From positions 928,001 to 992,000 of the forward strand of contig CBDCNQ010000005.1 of assembly GCA_965219445.1 (NCBI GenBank): a DNA stretch of 64,000 nt, written 5' to 3'. This document shows, in pieces, positions 1-9,129 of the stretch (the stretch's first letter is position 1; each line of letters opens with the position of its first letter). Source of the stretch: Longimicrobiales bacterium (lineage in GTDB: Bacteria > Gemmatimonadota > Gemmatimonadetes > Longimicrobiales > Gaopeijiaceae). The position numbers were made by a program, and so were the translations under genes. The notes below the pieces were generated by a model. The model saw only the letters and a list, made by a program, of their open reading frames with translations. It ran no database searches and was not told the origin of the DNA.

Positions 1-61
1 CGAACACCAAGGTGGCGGCACAAGCGACCAGCATGGACATGAGAACTCGTGACGATGACAT
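1..61 (-). CDS. 5' end of a probable secreted protein (runs off window)
   Basis: ATG at 61 after a G-rich RBS; translates MSSSRVLMSMLVACAATLVF, signal-peptide-like. Confidence 0.35.
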   Translation of the reverse strand, partial: MSSSRVLMSMLVACAATLVF

Positions 62-300
62 GGTATTCCCCCCTCGAGAAACCCTTCGGGCGACTCGGCC
101 GCCCAATGAAGATCCGCGCCGCGTGCGGCTAACTTACTCGCCACCGTCGGCTGCGGGTCTGGCCGTTCCGCCGGGCAAGTAGGTCTCCCTGATCATGTCG
201 CGGTCCACTTTATGCCCCTGAAGATACCAGTAGAGTCCGGTGGCGGAAACATGGCTCGCCAGGCCTGATGCGGTCGAGTGGGCAGAAGCCGACAGGTTCA

Positions 301-371
301 CATCTGCTTGGGGTAATTGAACTTACGGGCATACCCAACCGGGTTCCCGCTGATTGATTCCCGCTGATTGG
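301..371 (-). other. Integrase-proximal attachment end (core-like motif plus tandem arm-like repeats)
   Basis: Minus strand CAATCAGCGGGAAT-CAATCAGCGGGAAC then CGTAAGTTCAAT-N5-CAA-N3-GATG; same architecture follows the paralogous integrase at 53120-53191. Confidence 0.65.
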
Positions 372-373
372 TC

Positions 374-1537
374 TCAGGCGCGAACTCTGCGACGGCTCTC
401 CAGAGCCTTCCTGAGCTGTGCCTCATCGGCCCGCTGGTAGCACTGCAGCACCGTCTTGGCCTCCTTCCAACCGCCGAGTTCGCAGAGCACCTTGAGCGGC
501 TGGTCCATGAGGTCGGAAGCAAACTTCCGCCTGAGCGAGTGCCAGCCGCGGCCACGCTTGGATGCCAGCCCTGCGAGCGCTACGGCCTTCTCCCACCAGC
601 GCTGCGTCCACGAACAGCTCACGCACCTCGAGCGATCCCAAGGCGAGGGCAGCACGGGCGCGTCCCCGATCCCGGGATTCTTCTTTCGCGCCTCCTCCAA
701 GGCGGCGAGCGCCTCGGCGGTGACCGGCGTCCGGTGCTCGTAGCCCGACTTGTCGTGCTCTGCGCGCCAGCGCACCACTCCGCCTTCAAGGTCGATGTCC
801 GAGCATCGAAGCTGACGGATGGCGCCGATGCGGTGTCCTGTCTCGTGTGCGAGGACCAGAGCAACGTGAAAGCGCCAGTCCACCTCCACGGACACCCGAA
901 GCATGGCCTCGTATTCCGCCTCAGTGAGCAGCACCCGGGTAGGATTCTTCTCTTTCGGCGTCTTGAGGCCCCTGAGGGGGTTGGACTCGAGCAAGAGCCT
1001 TCCCCTCTCGTCCCTCGACCTCGCGGCCCAGTTGAGGACCGCGAGCAGGAACTTGAGGTCCCGTTCGATCATCCGGTCGGCCACCGGCTTGCCGCTGCGG
1101 CCGGCTCTGCCCGCCCGCCGCTCCCGGATGAACCGGTCCCAGTCGCGCTGGGAGAGCGTGGCGGGGTCGCGGTTCCGTCCGAAGCAACCGAGGAACATCC
1201 CCATTGTGGCTCTGTCGTACCTCTGGGACGGCTTCGTCTTGGTGGGCGTCACCTCTTCACCGTAGATGTCAAAAAGCGTCTCCAGGGTGAGCGGCTCGGG
1301 CTCGGCTTCGGCCTTGCGGTGCATCTCCGGCCCGAGGTAGCCAGCGGCGAACTCGTCCGCCTGCGTCTTCGCGCGAGCCCAGTCTCGATGCTTGAGCGAC
1401 CTTGTGAGCCTGCGCCCGTTCTCGCGCCACTCGATCTGGAACAGGCCGGTCTTGGGATCGGGAAAGACCCGTACCCGGTTCCGGCCCCATTCGCCGGCGC
1501 CGTAGGAGCGCCGGATAGGTTTCGTGCGTGCCATCAT
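374..1537 (-). CDS. Tyrosine recombinase/integrase
   Basis: TGHRIG (catalytic R), WHSLRR (HxxR), LGGW, C-terminal Y; highly similar to 51955..53118. Confidence 0.92.
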   Translation of the reverse strand: MMARTKPIRRSYGAGEWGRNRVRVFPDPKTGLFQIEWRENGRRLTRSLKHRDWARAKTQADEFAAGYLGPEMHRKAEAEPEPLTLETLFDIYGEEVTPTKTKPSQRYDRATMGMFLGCFGRNRDPATLSQRDWDRFIRERRAGRAGRSGKPVADRMIERDLKFLLAVLNWAARSRDERGRLLLESNPLRGLKTPKEKNPTRVLLTEAEYEAMLRVSVEVDWRFHVALVLAHETGHRIGAIRQLRCSDIDLEGGVVRWRAEHDKSGYEHRTPVTAEALAALEEARKKNPGIGDAPVLPSPWDRSRCVSCSWTQRWWEKAVALAGLASKRGRGWHSLRRKFASDLMDQPLKVLCELGGWKEAKTVLQCYQRADEAQLRKALESRRRVRA

Positions 1538-1980
1538 TCGATTCCTCCCTCGATGATGGACTGCACGATCTGCACGTTGGAAACTTCGCCTTGGCGGTGC
1601 TTTTCCACCAGTAGCGGTGTGGCTGGCGCCTGGGTCTTCCGTGGCAGGTGGCTGCGGGCGATCCTGGGCGCGCCGGGCCTTCCGGCGTTGGGGATCCTGC
1701 CGTCGCGCACGAGGCGGCCGAGATGGTCAGCGGAGTAGCCGCTCTCCCTGGCTGCCTCCGTCAGCGAGAGGGTGGTCTCGTCCCTCTCCCTGAGCGTGGC
1801 CTCGAGCTCGGCCGCGCAGCTTTCGAGCGCGACGGCCGGCGTCTCGCCCCCGTACCGGCGGAGCGCCTTGGCCTGCGTCCGCCAGGTGACTGGCAGGGTC
1901 TCGACGGACGCGCCGCGAGGTGTGCGCGCACGTTTGGGTCGATCTCGTCGGCCCGCCGCGCGCCCGGTCTCCGCGTTCAT
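1534..1980 (-). CDS. HTH DNA-binding protein, excisionase-like
   Basis: LSLTEAARESGYSADHLGRLVRDGRIP (HTH_17/MerR-like); overlaps integrase start. Confidence 0.7.
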   Translation of the reverse strand: MNAETGRAAGRRDRPKRARTPRGASVETLPVTWRTQAKALRRYGGETPAVALESCAAELEATLRERDETTLSLTEAARESGYSADHLGRLVRDGRIPNAGRPGAPRIARSHLPRKTQAPATPLLVEKHRQGEVSNVQIVQSIIEGGIE

Positions 1981-2291
1981 TCCCAGTCGCCCTCGGCGTC
2001 TCTGCGGAGCGCGTCGGTGAGGGCCGGGTCGCCCTCGCCGCGCCGAACGGAGCGCTCGGCGAGATCGACGCGCCGGCCGAGGTCGGCGAGCCCGGCGGCG
2101 CGTGCGACGGCGTAGATGGCGGCCGCAACGGCTGCGAGTGCCAGCCCGGCGTGCACTGCGATCAAGACGCCGTGTTCGGCGAGGAGGAGCGGCCAATACG
2201 GCGCGAGGTATTCGAGGCGCGGCCCGGCGAGCAGCACGGCAGACCCCGCGATGGCGGCGGTGAGGCCGGCGCTGATTTTCCAGGGTTGCAT
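1977..2291 (-). CDS. Small membrane protein
   Basis: Two hydrophobic segments; ATGA overlap with downstream gene. Confidence 0.55.
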   Translation of the reverse strand: MQPWKISAGLTAAIAGSAVLLAGPRLEYLAPYWPLLLAEHGVLIAVHAGLALAAVAAAIYAVARAAGLADLGRRVDLAERSVRRGEGDPALTDALRRDAEGDWE

Positions 2292-2309
2292 GGCGGGCCT
2301 CTCCCGTAG

Positions 2310-3197
2310 TCAGAGTTCGACTGCGGCCGGATCGCGGTCGGCGGGTCCCCGGAGCGAGGAGCGGTCGCCGCCGCCGCCCAGGCCGAGCGTGCGCAGCAGC
2401 CGCGCCGCGGCCGGTCCGTTGGCGTGGAGCGCGAACCCGGCCGCCGCTTTCGCCTTGATGGCCCCTTCGCGGTAGTTGCCGGACGCGACCTCGATGTTGA
2501 CGCGTCCAGCTCGCCCGTCGGCATCGGCGTACTCGATCTGGGCGTCCGGGTAGAGCACGTGCCCTTCGTCGTCGAGGGGGAGTCCGAGTTCGCCGGCGGT
2601 GCGGTGCCGTTCGGCATCGGCGGCCCGCTTGCCGTCCTTCAGCCGCGCCGCCTCGCTGCCGCGCGCGACGGCGCTCTTGAGTTCGGTGTCGAGCCGGATG
2701 CGCCGCACTGCTGCGCCCCGGTCGAGCAGCCGCTGTTTCTCCTTCATGCAGGCGCGGTAGACGGCGGTGTCGTGCGCGGCCTCGGCAGGCCGGGTGCGTG
2801 CGAACCGGATTTCCTGGCTGGGATCCATTCCCCGTTCGGCGGCCCGCTTCCGAGCTTCGGCCACGCCGCTGCGGGTGAGCGTCAGGACCTTGAACGGGTT
2901 GCCCTTGGGTCCGGTGGCCGTGGTCTCGGTGACGAGCCCTTCGCGGACCCAGGCGTTCACGGCCCGCCGGGTGGTGTAGGGGTGTCCGCCGAAGTGGGCC
3001 TCGGCCAGGTCGCGGTACGAGACGGCGCCGTAGACGCCGATATCGGCGAGCCCGCGCGCACACCGTTCGGGGAAGGAGGTGGACCCGCGGTCCCGGCTCG
3101 CGGCGTATTCTCGGCGATGGCCGTCCCGCATGCGGTAGCGATTGCGGCTGGGTGGCGCGGCGGTCCGCGGGTCCGGTTCGACCGTGCGGTCGAACAT
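2310..3197 (-). CDS. wHTH + PD-(D/E)XK protein, replication-relaxation (Replic_Relax/MOB_C-like) candidate
   Basis: wHTH-like block, AAHD, YPDAQIEY...VNIEVASGNY; AGGAG RBS before ATG 3197. Confidence 0.55.
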   Translation of the reverse strand: MFDRTVEPDPRTAAPPSRNRYRMRDGHRREYAASRDRGSTSFPERCARGLADIGVYGAVSYRDLAEAHFGGHPYTTRRAVNAWVREGLVTETTATGPKGNPFKVLTLTRSGVAEARKRAAERGMDPSQEIRFARTRPAEAAHDTAVYRACMKEKQRLLDRGAAVRRIRLDTELKSAVARGSEAARLKDGKRAADAERHRTAGELGLPLDDEGHVLYPDAQIEYADADGRAGRVNIEVASGNYREGAIKAKAAAGFALHANGPAAARLLRTLGLGGGGDRSSLRGPADRDPAAVEL

Positions 3198-3218
3198 CTC
3201 CTGGCTCCTCACCGACCG

Positions 3219-4247
3219 TCAGCGGCGCGGCCCGAAGGTCCGCTGCGGCACGGGGAGCGGCGGCACGGGATGGACGATTCGCCCCGGCGCGGGCGCGCGG
3301 GTCGCGGCCACGGCCGCGGGTTCGCGCGCGGCCTCGCGCTCGCGGTGCCGCGAGAGCACGAAGTCGGAGATCTTCTGCGAGTCGGCGGCGGCGCGGCGGA
3401 TCTCGCGGGGGTCCTCCTCGAGTGCGGCGATCCAGCCCTCGACGTACGCGGCGCCCCGGCTCGGGTCATGGCCGACGCCCACGCGCTCGCCCGTCATCAT
3501 GGCACTGATCTCCGCGCGGAGCTCCTCCTTCGCGTAGGCCGGCGAGGCGAACCCTTCAGAGATCCCTTGGGTGAGCGTCTCGCGGTTCATGCGCTCCGGG
3601 TGGCCGGTGCTGTGGCCCAGCTCGTGTAGCGCCGTCTGGTAGTAGTGGTTCGCGGAGGGGAACTGTCCCCTCTCCGGGAGCACGATCTCGTCGCGGTTCA
3701 GGTTGTAGAACGCGCGGTCGCCCGCCACGTGACGGACGGGCACCCCTCCGTCCTCGAGGACCTGCTCGGCCTGCTGGTGCACCTTCCAGAGCGGCTCGGC
3801 CGTTGGCGCGGGCCGGGCCGGGAGCCCGTCGGCCTGCTCGGCGTTGAACACGGTGTACTGGCGGACGACGGGCGCCTTGAGGCGCTCGTGGCGGTAAACG
3901 CGCTTGCCTTCGTTGTCCCTCTTGGGCCGTCCGCGCTCGTCGTTGACGGCGATCTTCCGGTGGTCCTGGAACGAGAGGATGCGAGTGCCCTGCTCGCCCT
4001 TGCGCACCTGTCCGTCCCGGGCCTGGATCTGGCGGTAGGTGCCCCAGCGCACGTCGCCGTAGCCGCGCTCCTGGGCCACGGCGGCGAGATGCAGGCTGTT
4101 GCCGCCCCTGTAGGAGCGGCCCGTATCGACGTTGGAGGGGAGCACGCGCTCGCCCGGCCCCCAGGGCTTCTGCCACGGCGCGGTGCCCTGGCGGATCTGC
4201 TCGATGATGGCGTCGGCGAACTGGCGGTGGTATTCGTCGTGTTTCAT
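3219..4247 (-). CDS. ardC: ArdC-family antirestriction ssDNA-binding/zincin protein
   Basis: PWQKPW, YRGGN, WGTYRQIQ, VRKGE, VFNAEQ, HELGHSTGH, YAKEELRAE. Confidence 0.92.
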   Translation of the reverse strand: MKHDEYHRQFADAIIEQIRQGTAPWQKPWGPGERVLPSNVDTGRSYRGGNSLHLAAVAQERGYGDVRWGTYRQIQARDGQVRKGEQGTRILSFQDHRKIAVNDERGRPKRDNEGKRVYRHERLKAPVVRQYTVFNAEQADGLPARPAPTAEPLWKVHQQAEQVLEDGGVPVRHVAGDRAFYNLNRDEIVLPERGQFPSANHYYQTALHELGHSTGHPERMNRETLTQGISEGFASPAYAKEELRAEISAMMTGERVGVGHDPSRGAAYVEGWIAALEEDPREIRRAAADSQKISDFVLSRHREREAAREPAAVAATRAPAPGRIVHPVPPLPVPQRTFGPRR

Positions 4248-4444
4248 AGCTCTTCCTCCTCGGGGCCGTGCGGATCCTCTCCGGCGTCGCGGATCTCGTC
4301 CTCGCTGCCCACGTCCTCGGGGAAGAGGCCGTACTCTTCGGCCAGCGAGGCCGGCACCTCGAGCGCCTCGCCTCCGTCGCGCGCGAGTTCGCGGTCGAAG
4401 CCGTCGAGCGTCTCGACGCGAACGATGTTCTCGTCGCCTTTCAT
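4244..4444 (-). CDS. Small highly acidic protein (66 aa)
   Basis: GAGGAGG RBS; ATGA overlaps with both neighbours; 23 D/E versus 5 K/R. Confidence 0.65.
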   Translation of the reverse strand: MKGDENIVRVETLDGFDRELARDGGEALEVPASLAEEYGLFPEDVGSEDEIRDAGEDPHGPEEEEL

Positions 4445-5028
4445 GGGTTCACCTCCTCGGTGTGTGGGTGCTGTTCTTGCGGGGCTTCGTCGGCCCCGCT
4501 CCAGATCGGTTCGGCGATCCAGCGGCCCTTGGCCGCGTCGTAGCCGCGCACTTCGAGCGCCTCCTCGACGAAGCGCCTGCCCCGTTGCCGGGTCGTGTGC
4601 AGCACGAGCGAGATCCCGTCCACGACGCCCCGGCAGGTGACCTCCCAGGGGAGCGCGCCTTCGGCCTGCATGGCGCAGCTCGCCAGGCGCGATAGCGCGG
4701 AGCGGGCGTTGTTCGCGTGGATGGTGGTCAGCGAGCCGCCGTGGCCGGTGTTGAGCGCCTGCAGCAGATCGGCGGCCTCGCCGCCCCTGACCTCGCCGAC
4801 GACGATGTGGTCGGGCCGGTGGCGCAGCGCGTGCCGCACCAGGTCGCGGACCCGTACGGAGGTCTCGGTGCCGACAGCCCCGGCCTCGAAGCGGAGGCAG
4901 TTGGCGCGCTCGATCCTGAGCTCGAGCGTGTCCTCGATGGCGACGATCCGCTCGTCTTCGGGCAGCAACTCGATCAGCGCGCCCCAAATTTCCGCGTACT
5001 CGCGGCCGGCATCGTGTTCTCGGTTCAT
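4441..5028 (-). pseudogene. virB11: In-frame virB8' :: 'virB11 deletion fusion
   Basis: First 16 codons match virB8 at 22065; remainder is the VirB11/CpaF C-terminal half (IEDTLEL, RPDHIVVGEVRG, NTGHGGSLTTIHAN) lacking Walker A. Confidence 0.85.
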
Positions 5029-5039
5029 GGATGTCTCCT

Positions 5040-6050
5040 TCAGCCTCCGGGGACTGGGGGGCGGGCCGGGTTCGCGGCAGCGCTGAGGCGTCCGCCGCCG
5101 CGCACCACGAGCGCCATGAACCCCGATCCGACGGATCCGGAGCCTGAGACGAGCATCGCGGCGAGCTCGCCCACCTTCATGCCGGCCATCAGGCCGGAGA
5201 CGACGAGCGGTAGCAGGACGACGACCCACAGCCCGAGCTCCGCGGGGTCGGAGGAGCCGGTGCCCATCAAGGCGCCGGTGTAGGTCGTGACGTAGCCCAT
5301 GCCCACGCCCATGAACACACGGAGAATGGCTCCCGCCACGACGCCGTAGAGTGTGTAGACGATGAGCGTGCGGAACCATCCCCAGAACAGGAACGCGAGC
5401 GGCTCGAACAGCAGCCAGGGGATGAACACGGGGCCGAGCAGGATCACGATCGCGAGCGCCACCTGCGCCCAGATCACCTGCGCGTAGGTCAGGCAGAAGA
5501 GCGCGACGAGGCCGAGCACGAGCGGCACGCCCATCATCAGCGCGACGAGGGACGAGAAGAACACGCTCACGCCCTCGGTCATGAGGGTCATCAGGCTCCC
5601 GCCCGACCATGCCGCGCCGAGCCGTGCGGCGAACGCCTGCACCAGCGCGGTCATCTCCGTGTAGCCGACGGACACGACGTCGGAGATGAACAGGTTCTGG
5701 AGCCAGATCCCTCCGGCCGCCACCATGGCCGGAAACGTGAAGCCCACGCCCGGGATCGGGACGCTGTAGTAATGGAGCAGCGTCCGGGGGATCGCGATCC
5801 CGAGCACGACACGCACGAGGGCCCAGGGCTCGAAGGTTCCGCTGAACGCGATCTTGAGGCCGCTCCATGCGACGACGATCGCCGCGAGACCGCCCCACAG
5901 CTGGTGGCCGAGCGTCAGCACGTCGGGCGCGGCGCCGCCGACCACGGTATCTAGCACGACGTCGAGGAACCCCTTGAAGTCCTGGAGCTGATCCGCCGGG
6001 ATCTGGGCCGGGACGTTCGGATCGATCGACTGCGGGGGAGGAAGTTGCAT
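5040..6050 (-). CDS. virB6: VirB6/TrbL-like T4SS inner-membrane protein
   Basis: Multi-TM, ILLGPVFIPWLLF motif, operon position. Confidence 0.85.
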   Translation of the reverse strand: MQLPPPQSIDPNVPAQIPADQLQDFKGFLDVVLDTVVGGAAPDVLTLGHQLWGGLAAIVVAWSGLKIAFSGTFEPWALVRVVLGIAIPRTLLHYYSVPIPGVGFTFPAMVAAGGIWLQNLFISDVVSVGYTEMTALVQAFAARLGAAWSGGSLMTLMTEGVSVFFSSLVALMMGVPLVLGLVALFCLTYAQVIWAQVALAIVILLGPVFIPWLLFEPLAFLFWGWFRTLIVYTLYGVVAGAILRVFMGVGMGYVTTYTGALMGTGSSDPAELGLWVVVLLPLVVSGLMAGMKVGELAAMLVSGSGSVGSGFMALVVRGGGRLSAAANPARPPVPGG

Positions 6051-6068
6051 GACGGTCGCTCCCGGGGC

Positions 6069-6998
6069 CTAAACTTGGCCGCCCATATAGAACGACGGGA
6101 CCTTGAAGAGGAGCCCCTCCCGGAGCCGGTCGCGGTTCTGCAGCGCGGCCGTGCGCATCGCATCGGCCATCGCGTTCGTACGGAGCCGCGCGTCCCTCCA
6201 CTCGGCGAGCCGCTCGAGCCGGTCGATCTCGGCCTGCTGCATCCGGTTCGCCTGCTCGACCGCCTGATAGGCGAGCACCTGCGCCACGGCGGCGTTGATC
6301 CGGCCCTGGGTCAGCGCGGCCGCGACCTGCGCCTGCTGGAGTGCCGTGTTGGACAGGTTCCCATTCGCGGTCAGGTCGTCGAACGAGCTCTGCGCGCTCT
6401 CGACGGTCGATGCGAGCGAGGCCGCGGCGTCCATCATCGCGTAGTCGAGCACCCTCTGCCGGTCGGCGGTCTCCTTGGCCTGGCGGTAGTCCTCCACCGC
6501 GCGCGACGACGCCTCGGCCGGGCGGTTACGGAACAGCTCGAGGATGTCCGCCTCGCTCACCTGGTCGGCCACCCCTTGGGCGCTCCGCCAGACGTCGGTG
6601 AACGAGCTTCCGCTCCCCATGTCACGCACCGCGTCGACCAGCTCGCCGGCCGCGCCGCTGAACTCGGAGCCCCAGTCGAGGTCGTTGCCGACGAGGCCGA
6701 TGGATCCGGCCGCGAGCTCCGCGAACGGTTCGACCAAAGCGTCCACCTCGCCGCGCGCGACGTCCTTCATGTGGTCGAGCTGCTCCTCGAGCTCGGTGAG
6801 CTGGCGGGTCATCGTCCGCATCTGGCTGAGCTGGTTCGCAAGCTGGGTCACTTGGTTCGCGATCATCTGGGCACGCTGAATCGCGCCGCCGATGTCGAAG
6901 AGGGCGTTGGCCGGCCCAGCGCTCGCGAGCATCAGGACCGAGACCAAGAGGACGGTGGTAAGGCTGCGGTGACGCATGATGAGCTCCTTGTTTGTCAT
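6069..6998 (-). CDS. VirB5/TrbJ-like exported protein
   Basis: Signal peptide (ANA), Q-rich coiled coil IANQVTQLANQL, upstream of virB6. Confidence 0.65.
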   Translation of the reverse strand: MTNKELIMRHRSLTTVLLVSVLMLASAGPANALFDIGGAIQRAQMIANQVTQLANQLSQMRTMTRQLTELEEQLDHMKDVARGEVDALVEPFAELAAGSIGLVGNDLDWGSEFSGAAGELVDAVRDMGSGSSFTDVWRSAQGVADQVSEADILELFRNRPAEASSRAVEDYRQAKETADRQRVLDYAMMDAAASLASTVESAQSSFDDLTANGNLSNTALQQAQVAAALTQGRINAAVAQVLAYQAVEQANRMQQAEIDRLERLAEWRDARLRTNAMADAMRTAALQNRDRLREGLLFKVPSFYMGGQV

Positions 6999-8263
6999 TG
7001 CCGTGTCCCGGACCTGGGGACCAGGACGTCGGACGTGAACCAGATGCGCAGGCGATGGCCGGCGCGGATCGTGATCGTGGGTAGCCGGTTCAGGAACCGG
7101 TCGAGAACCGAGGTCGCGCTCTGGCCGAGGCCTTGGCCGACGCCCGTCCTCAGGCCGAACGGCGAACCGCCGGCCAGGGCGAGTCCGCTTACGACGCCGA
7201 TGGCTCCGGCGGCCGCGAACGTGCTGAAGTAGTGGCGATCGACCTGGTCCCGAAGGGCGCCCTCGCCCGCCTGGTTCAGGCCGGTGAACTCGAGGTCGAT
7301 CCAGCTGCCGTCGGGGAGCAGCAGCCGGTGGAACGCGACGGCGAGCCGGCTCTGGTCCGGGTCCTGAACGGCCCGGGCCGTGCCGACGACGCGCGTGCCG
7401 CGCGGGATCAGGACCCGCTGGCGGTCGGCCGAATAGAACGGGACCGAGACCATGGCGAGCACCGGTCCCGGGAAATCGCCCGAGAGCTGCGTGAGGAGCA
7501 CCCCTTCGAGGAACGAGCCCTCGTGGATCCGCTCCCAGCCCGGCGGGTCGGCGGGTTGCACGCTCCGGCCGGGCTCAGCCGTGCCGGGGGTGCGAGGAGA
7601 GCTTGGCGGTGCGGCAGGTCCCGGGGAGCCGGAGAGGAGCTGCCCGGCCGCCAACTCCGCTTCCAATTCGTTCTCGAGCGCCCCGACCGACTGCTCGAAA
7701 GAGGCGAGCGCCGCTTGGACCGTGTTCTCGAGGAGCGCCACATCCGCGTCGGCCGCATCGCCGGTGCCGGCTTCGGACGACTCCGCGGTCGCGTTGGGAT
7801 CCCGGTACGACTGAGCCACGGGAAGGGCACGGAGCGAGCGGGTTCTTCGCTCCAGCTCCTCCAGGCGAAGCGCCTCCCTAAGCTCCGACTCGGCCGCGCT
7901 CACGCCTGGGATCAAGGCTGCGGTGTTCGGCGTCTCCGACTCGGTCTGGAGCCGAGCCATCTCTTCGGCGGCCGCAGCCTGCCGGCGCTCGAGCTCGGCG
8001 CGCGCCCGGGCGGCGGCCTCCAGAGTCTGCCGCTCGGCCTCGGCGCGAATACGGCCTTCGAGCGATCGGCCCATCCCGTCGTCGACCGCCTGCGCCTCGG
8101 GCAGGGCTACGAGAGTGGGCGCATCTTCCTCGGGACCCGTCATCGCCCACGAGAACAGGAGTCCACCGACGAGCACGGCGATCAACACCACGCCGGCCTT
8201 CGTCACGATGCCGCCCGGCAGCGCGCCTTCCGGGGGCCGGACCCACTGCTTCCAGCGGCTCAT
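6995..8263 (-). CDS. virB10: VirB10/TrbI
   Basis: N-terminal TM, coiled coil, LIPRGTRVVG, GALRDQVDRHY, PTITIRAG. Confidence 0.9.
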   Translation of the reverse strand: MSRWKQWVRPPEGALPGGIVTKAGVVLIAVLVGGLLFSWAMTGPEEDAPTLVALPEAQAVDDGMGRSLEGRIRAEAERQTLEAAARARAELERRQAAAAEEMARLQTESETPNTAALIPGVSAAESELREALRLEELERRTRSLRALPVAQSYRDPNATAESSEAGTGDAADADVALLENTVQAALASFEQSVGALENELEAELAAGQLLSGSPGPAAPPSSPRTPGTAEPGRSVQPADPPGWERIHEGSFLEGVLLTQLSGDFPGPVLAMVSVPFYSADRQRVLIPRGTRVVGTARAVQDPDQSRLAVAFHRLLLPDGSWIDLEFTGLNQAGEGALRDQVDRHYFSTFAAAGAIGVVSGLALAGGSPFGLRTGVGQGLGQSATSVLDRFLNRLPTITIRAGHRLRIWFTSDVLVPRSGTRQ

Positions 8264-9123
8264 CGGAGCGCTTCCCGCGGCGTGAACCGCCAGGCAGCCC
8301 GCTTGTCGCCGATCTGGAGCCATCCGTCGCCCAACACGTGTCGAGCGATGTAGAGGCCGTCCTCACTGAGGTCGTAGGCGACGAGCGCCGGTTCGCCGTC
8401 CCGGAGCTCATAGAGGGCCGGCGACTCCTGGGCATGCGAGCGCAGGTAGGTGAACTGCCCGTCGTGCCACATCGCCTCGACCAGGAACGGCCGGTCGGCC
8501 GCGTCCTCGTCGAGCCGGTACTCGAACGCGAGACGCTCCGGATAGCCGGCACGGAACGCCTCGATCGCCGACTCAGCCTGCGACCGGGCCTCCAGGATGC
8601 CGGCCTCGGCCGCCTCCCGGGCGCTGCGAGCCGCCTCGGCCGCCTCGGCGGCCATCTGCTGATAGGCCGCGACCTCGCTACGCGCGACGAACGCGGGACG
8701 GCCGCTGCCTCCGGAGAGCCGCGCCGCCTCTGCTCCAGACTCTACGCGAACGACCAGATGGGGCGGCCCGTCGCTCTGCTCAGCCACCAGGAACGAGTAG
8801 ATGCGCCCGGACTCGCAGACGAGCGCGATATTCGTCGCCGCGTCCGCCGAGAGGGGCTTCAGGAACGCGACGTTCGCGGCGCCCGTCAGATGCCAGTACT
8901 CCGAGTCGCCGACCACGAAATCCAGGATGTTCTCACCGGCGGGGAGCACGATCACCGTCGTGTGACGGACTTGGGTGCGGAGCCGGTGGATCCGATCCTC
9001 CCCCTCCTCCGGGACCGGCACCCGGAGGAACGCTTGGTCGTCCTCCTGCTGGGCGGTAGCCCCGGCCGGGAGCGCAGCCAAGAGAAGCGCGGTTAGAACG
9101 ATGGGTGTAGTCGGTGGTCGCAT
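8260..9123 (-). CDS. virB9: VirB9/TrbG
   Basis: Signal peptide, VGDSEYW, FLKP, TNIALV, DGQFTYL, PALY. Confidence 0.88.
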   Translation of the reverse strand: MRPPTTPIVLTALLLAALPAGATAQQEDDQAFLRVPVPEEGEDRIHRLRTQVRHTTVIVLPAGENILDFVVGDSEYWHLTGAANVAFLKPLSADAATNIALVCESGRIYSFLVAEQSDGPPHLVVRVESGAEAARLSGGSGRPAFVARSEVAAYQQMAAEAAEAARSAREAAEAGILEARSQAESAIEAFRAGYPERLAFEYRLDEDAADRPFLVEAMWHDGQFTYLRSHAQESPALYELRDGEPALVAYDLSEDGLYIARHVLGDGWLQIGDKRAAWRFTPREALR

Positions 9124-9129
9124 GGCGTA

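Larger units (their letters stand above)
4980..7453. repeat. 2.47-kb inverted repeat, copy 1
   Basis: Near-identical reverse complement of 19640..22113. Confidence 0.95.

Noticed and set aside
368..1738. Long antisense or alternate-frame ORFs (also 2424..3629, 13795..15669, 47547..48812, 51937..53124)
   Set aside because: Shadows of real genes in GC-rich DNA; Arg/Pro/Gly-rich with no motifs.
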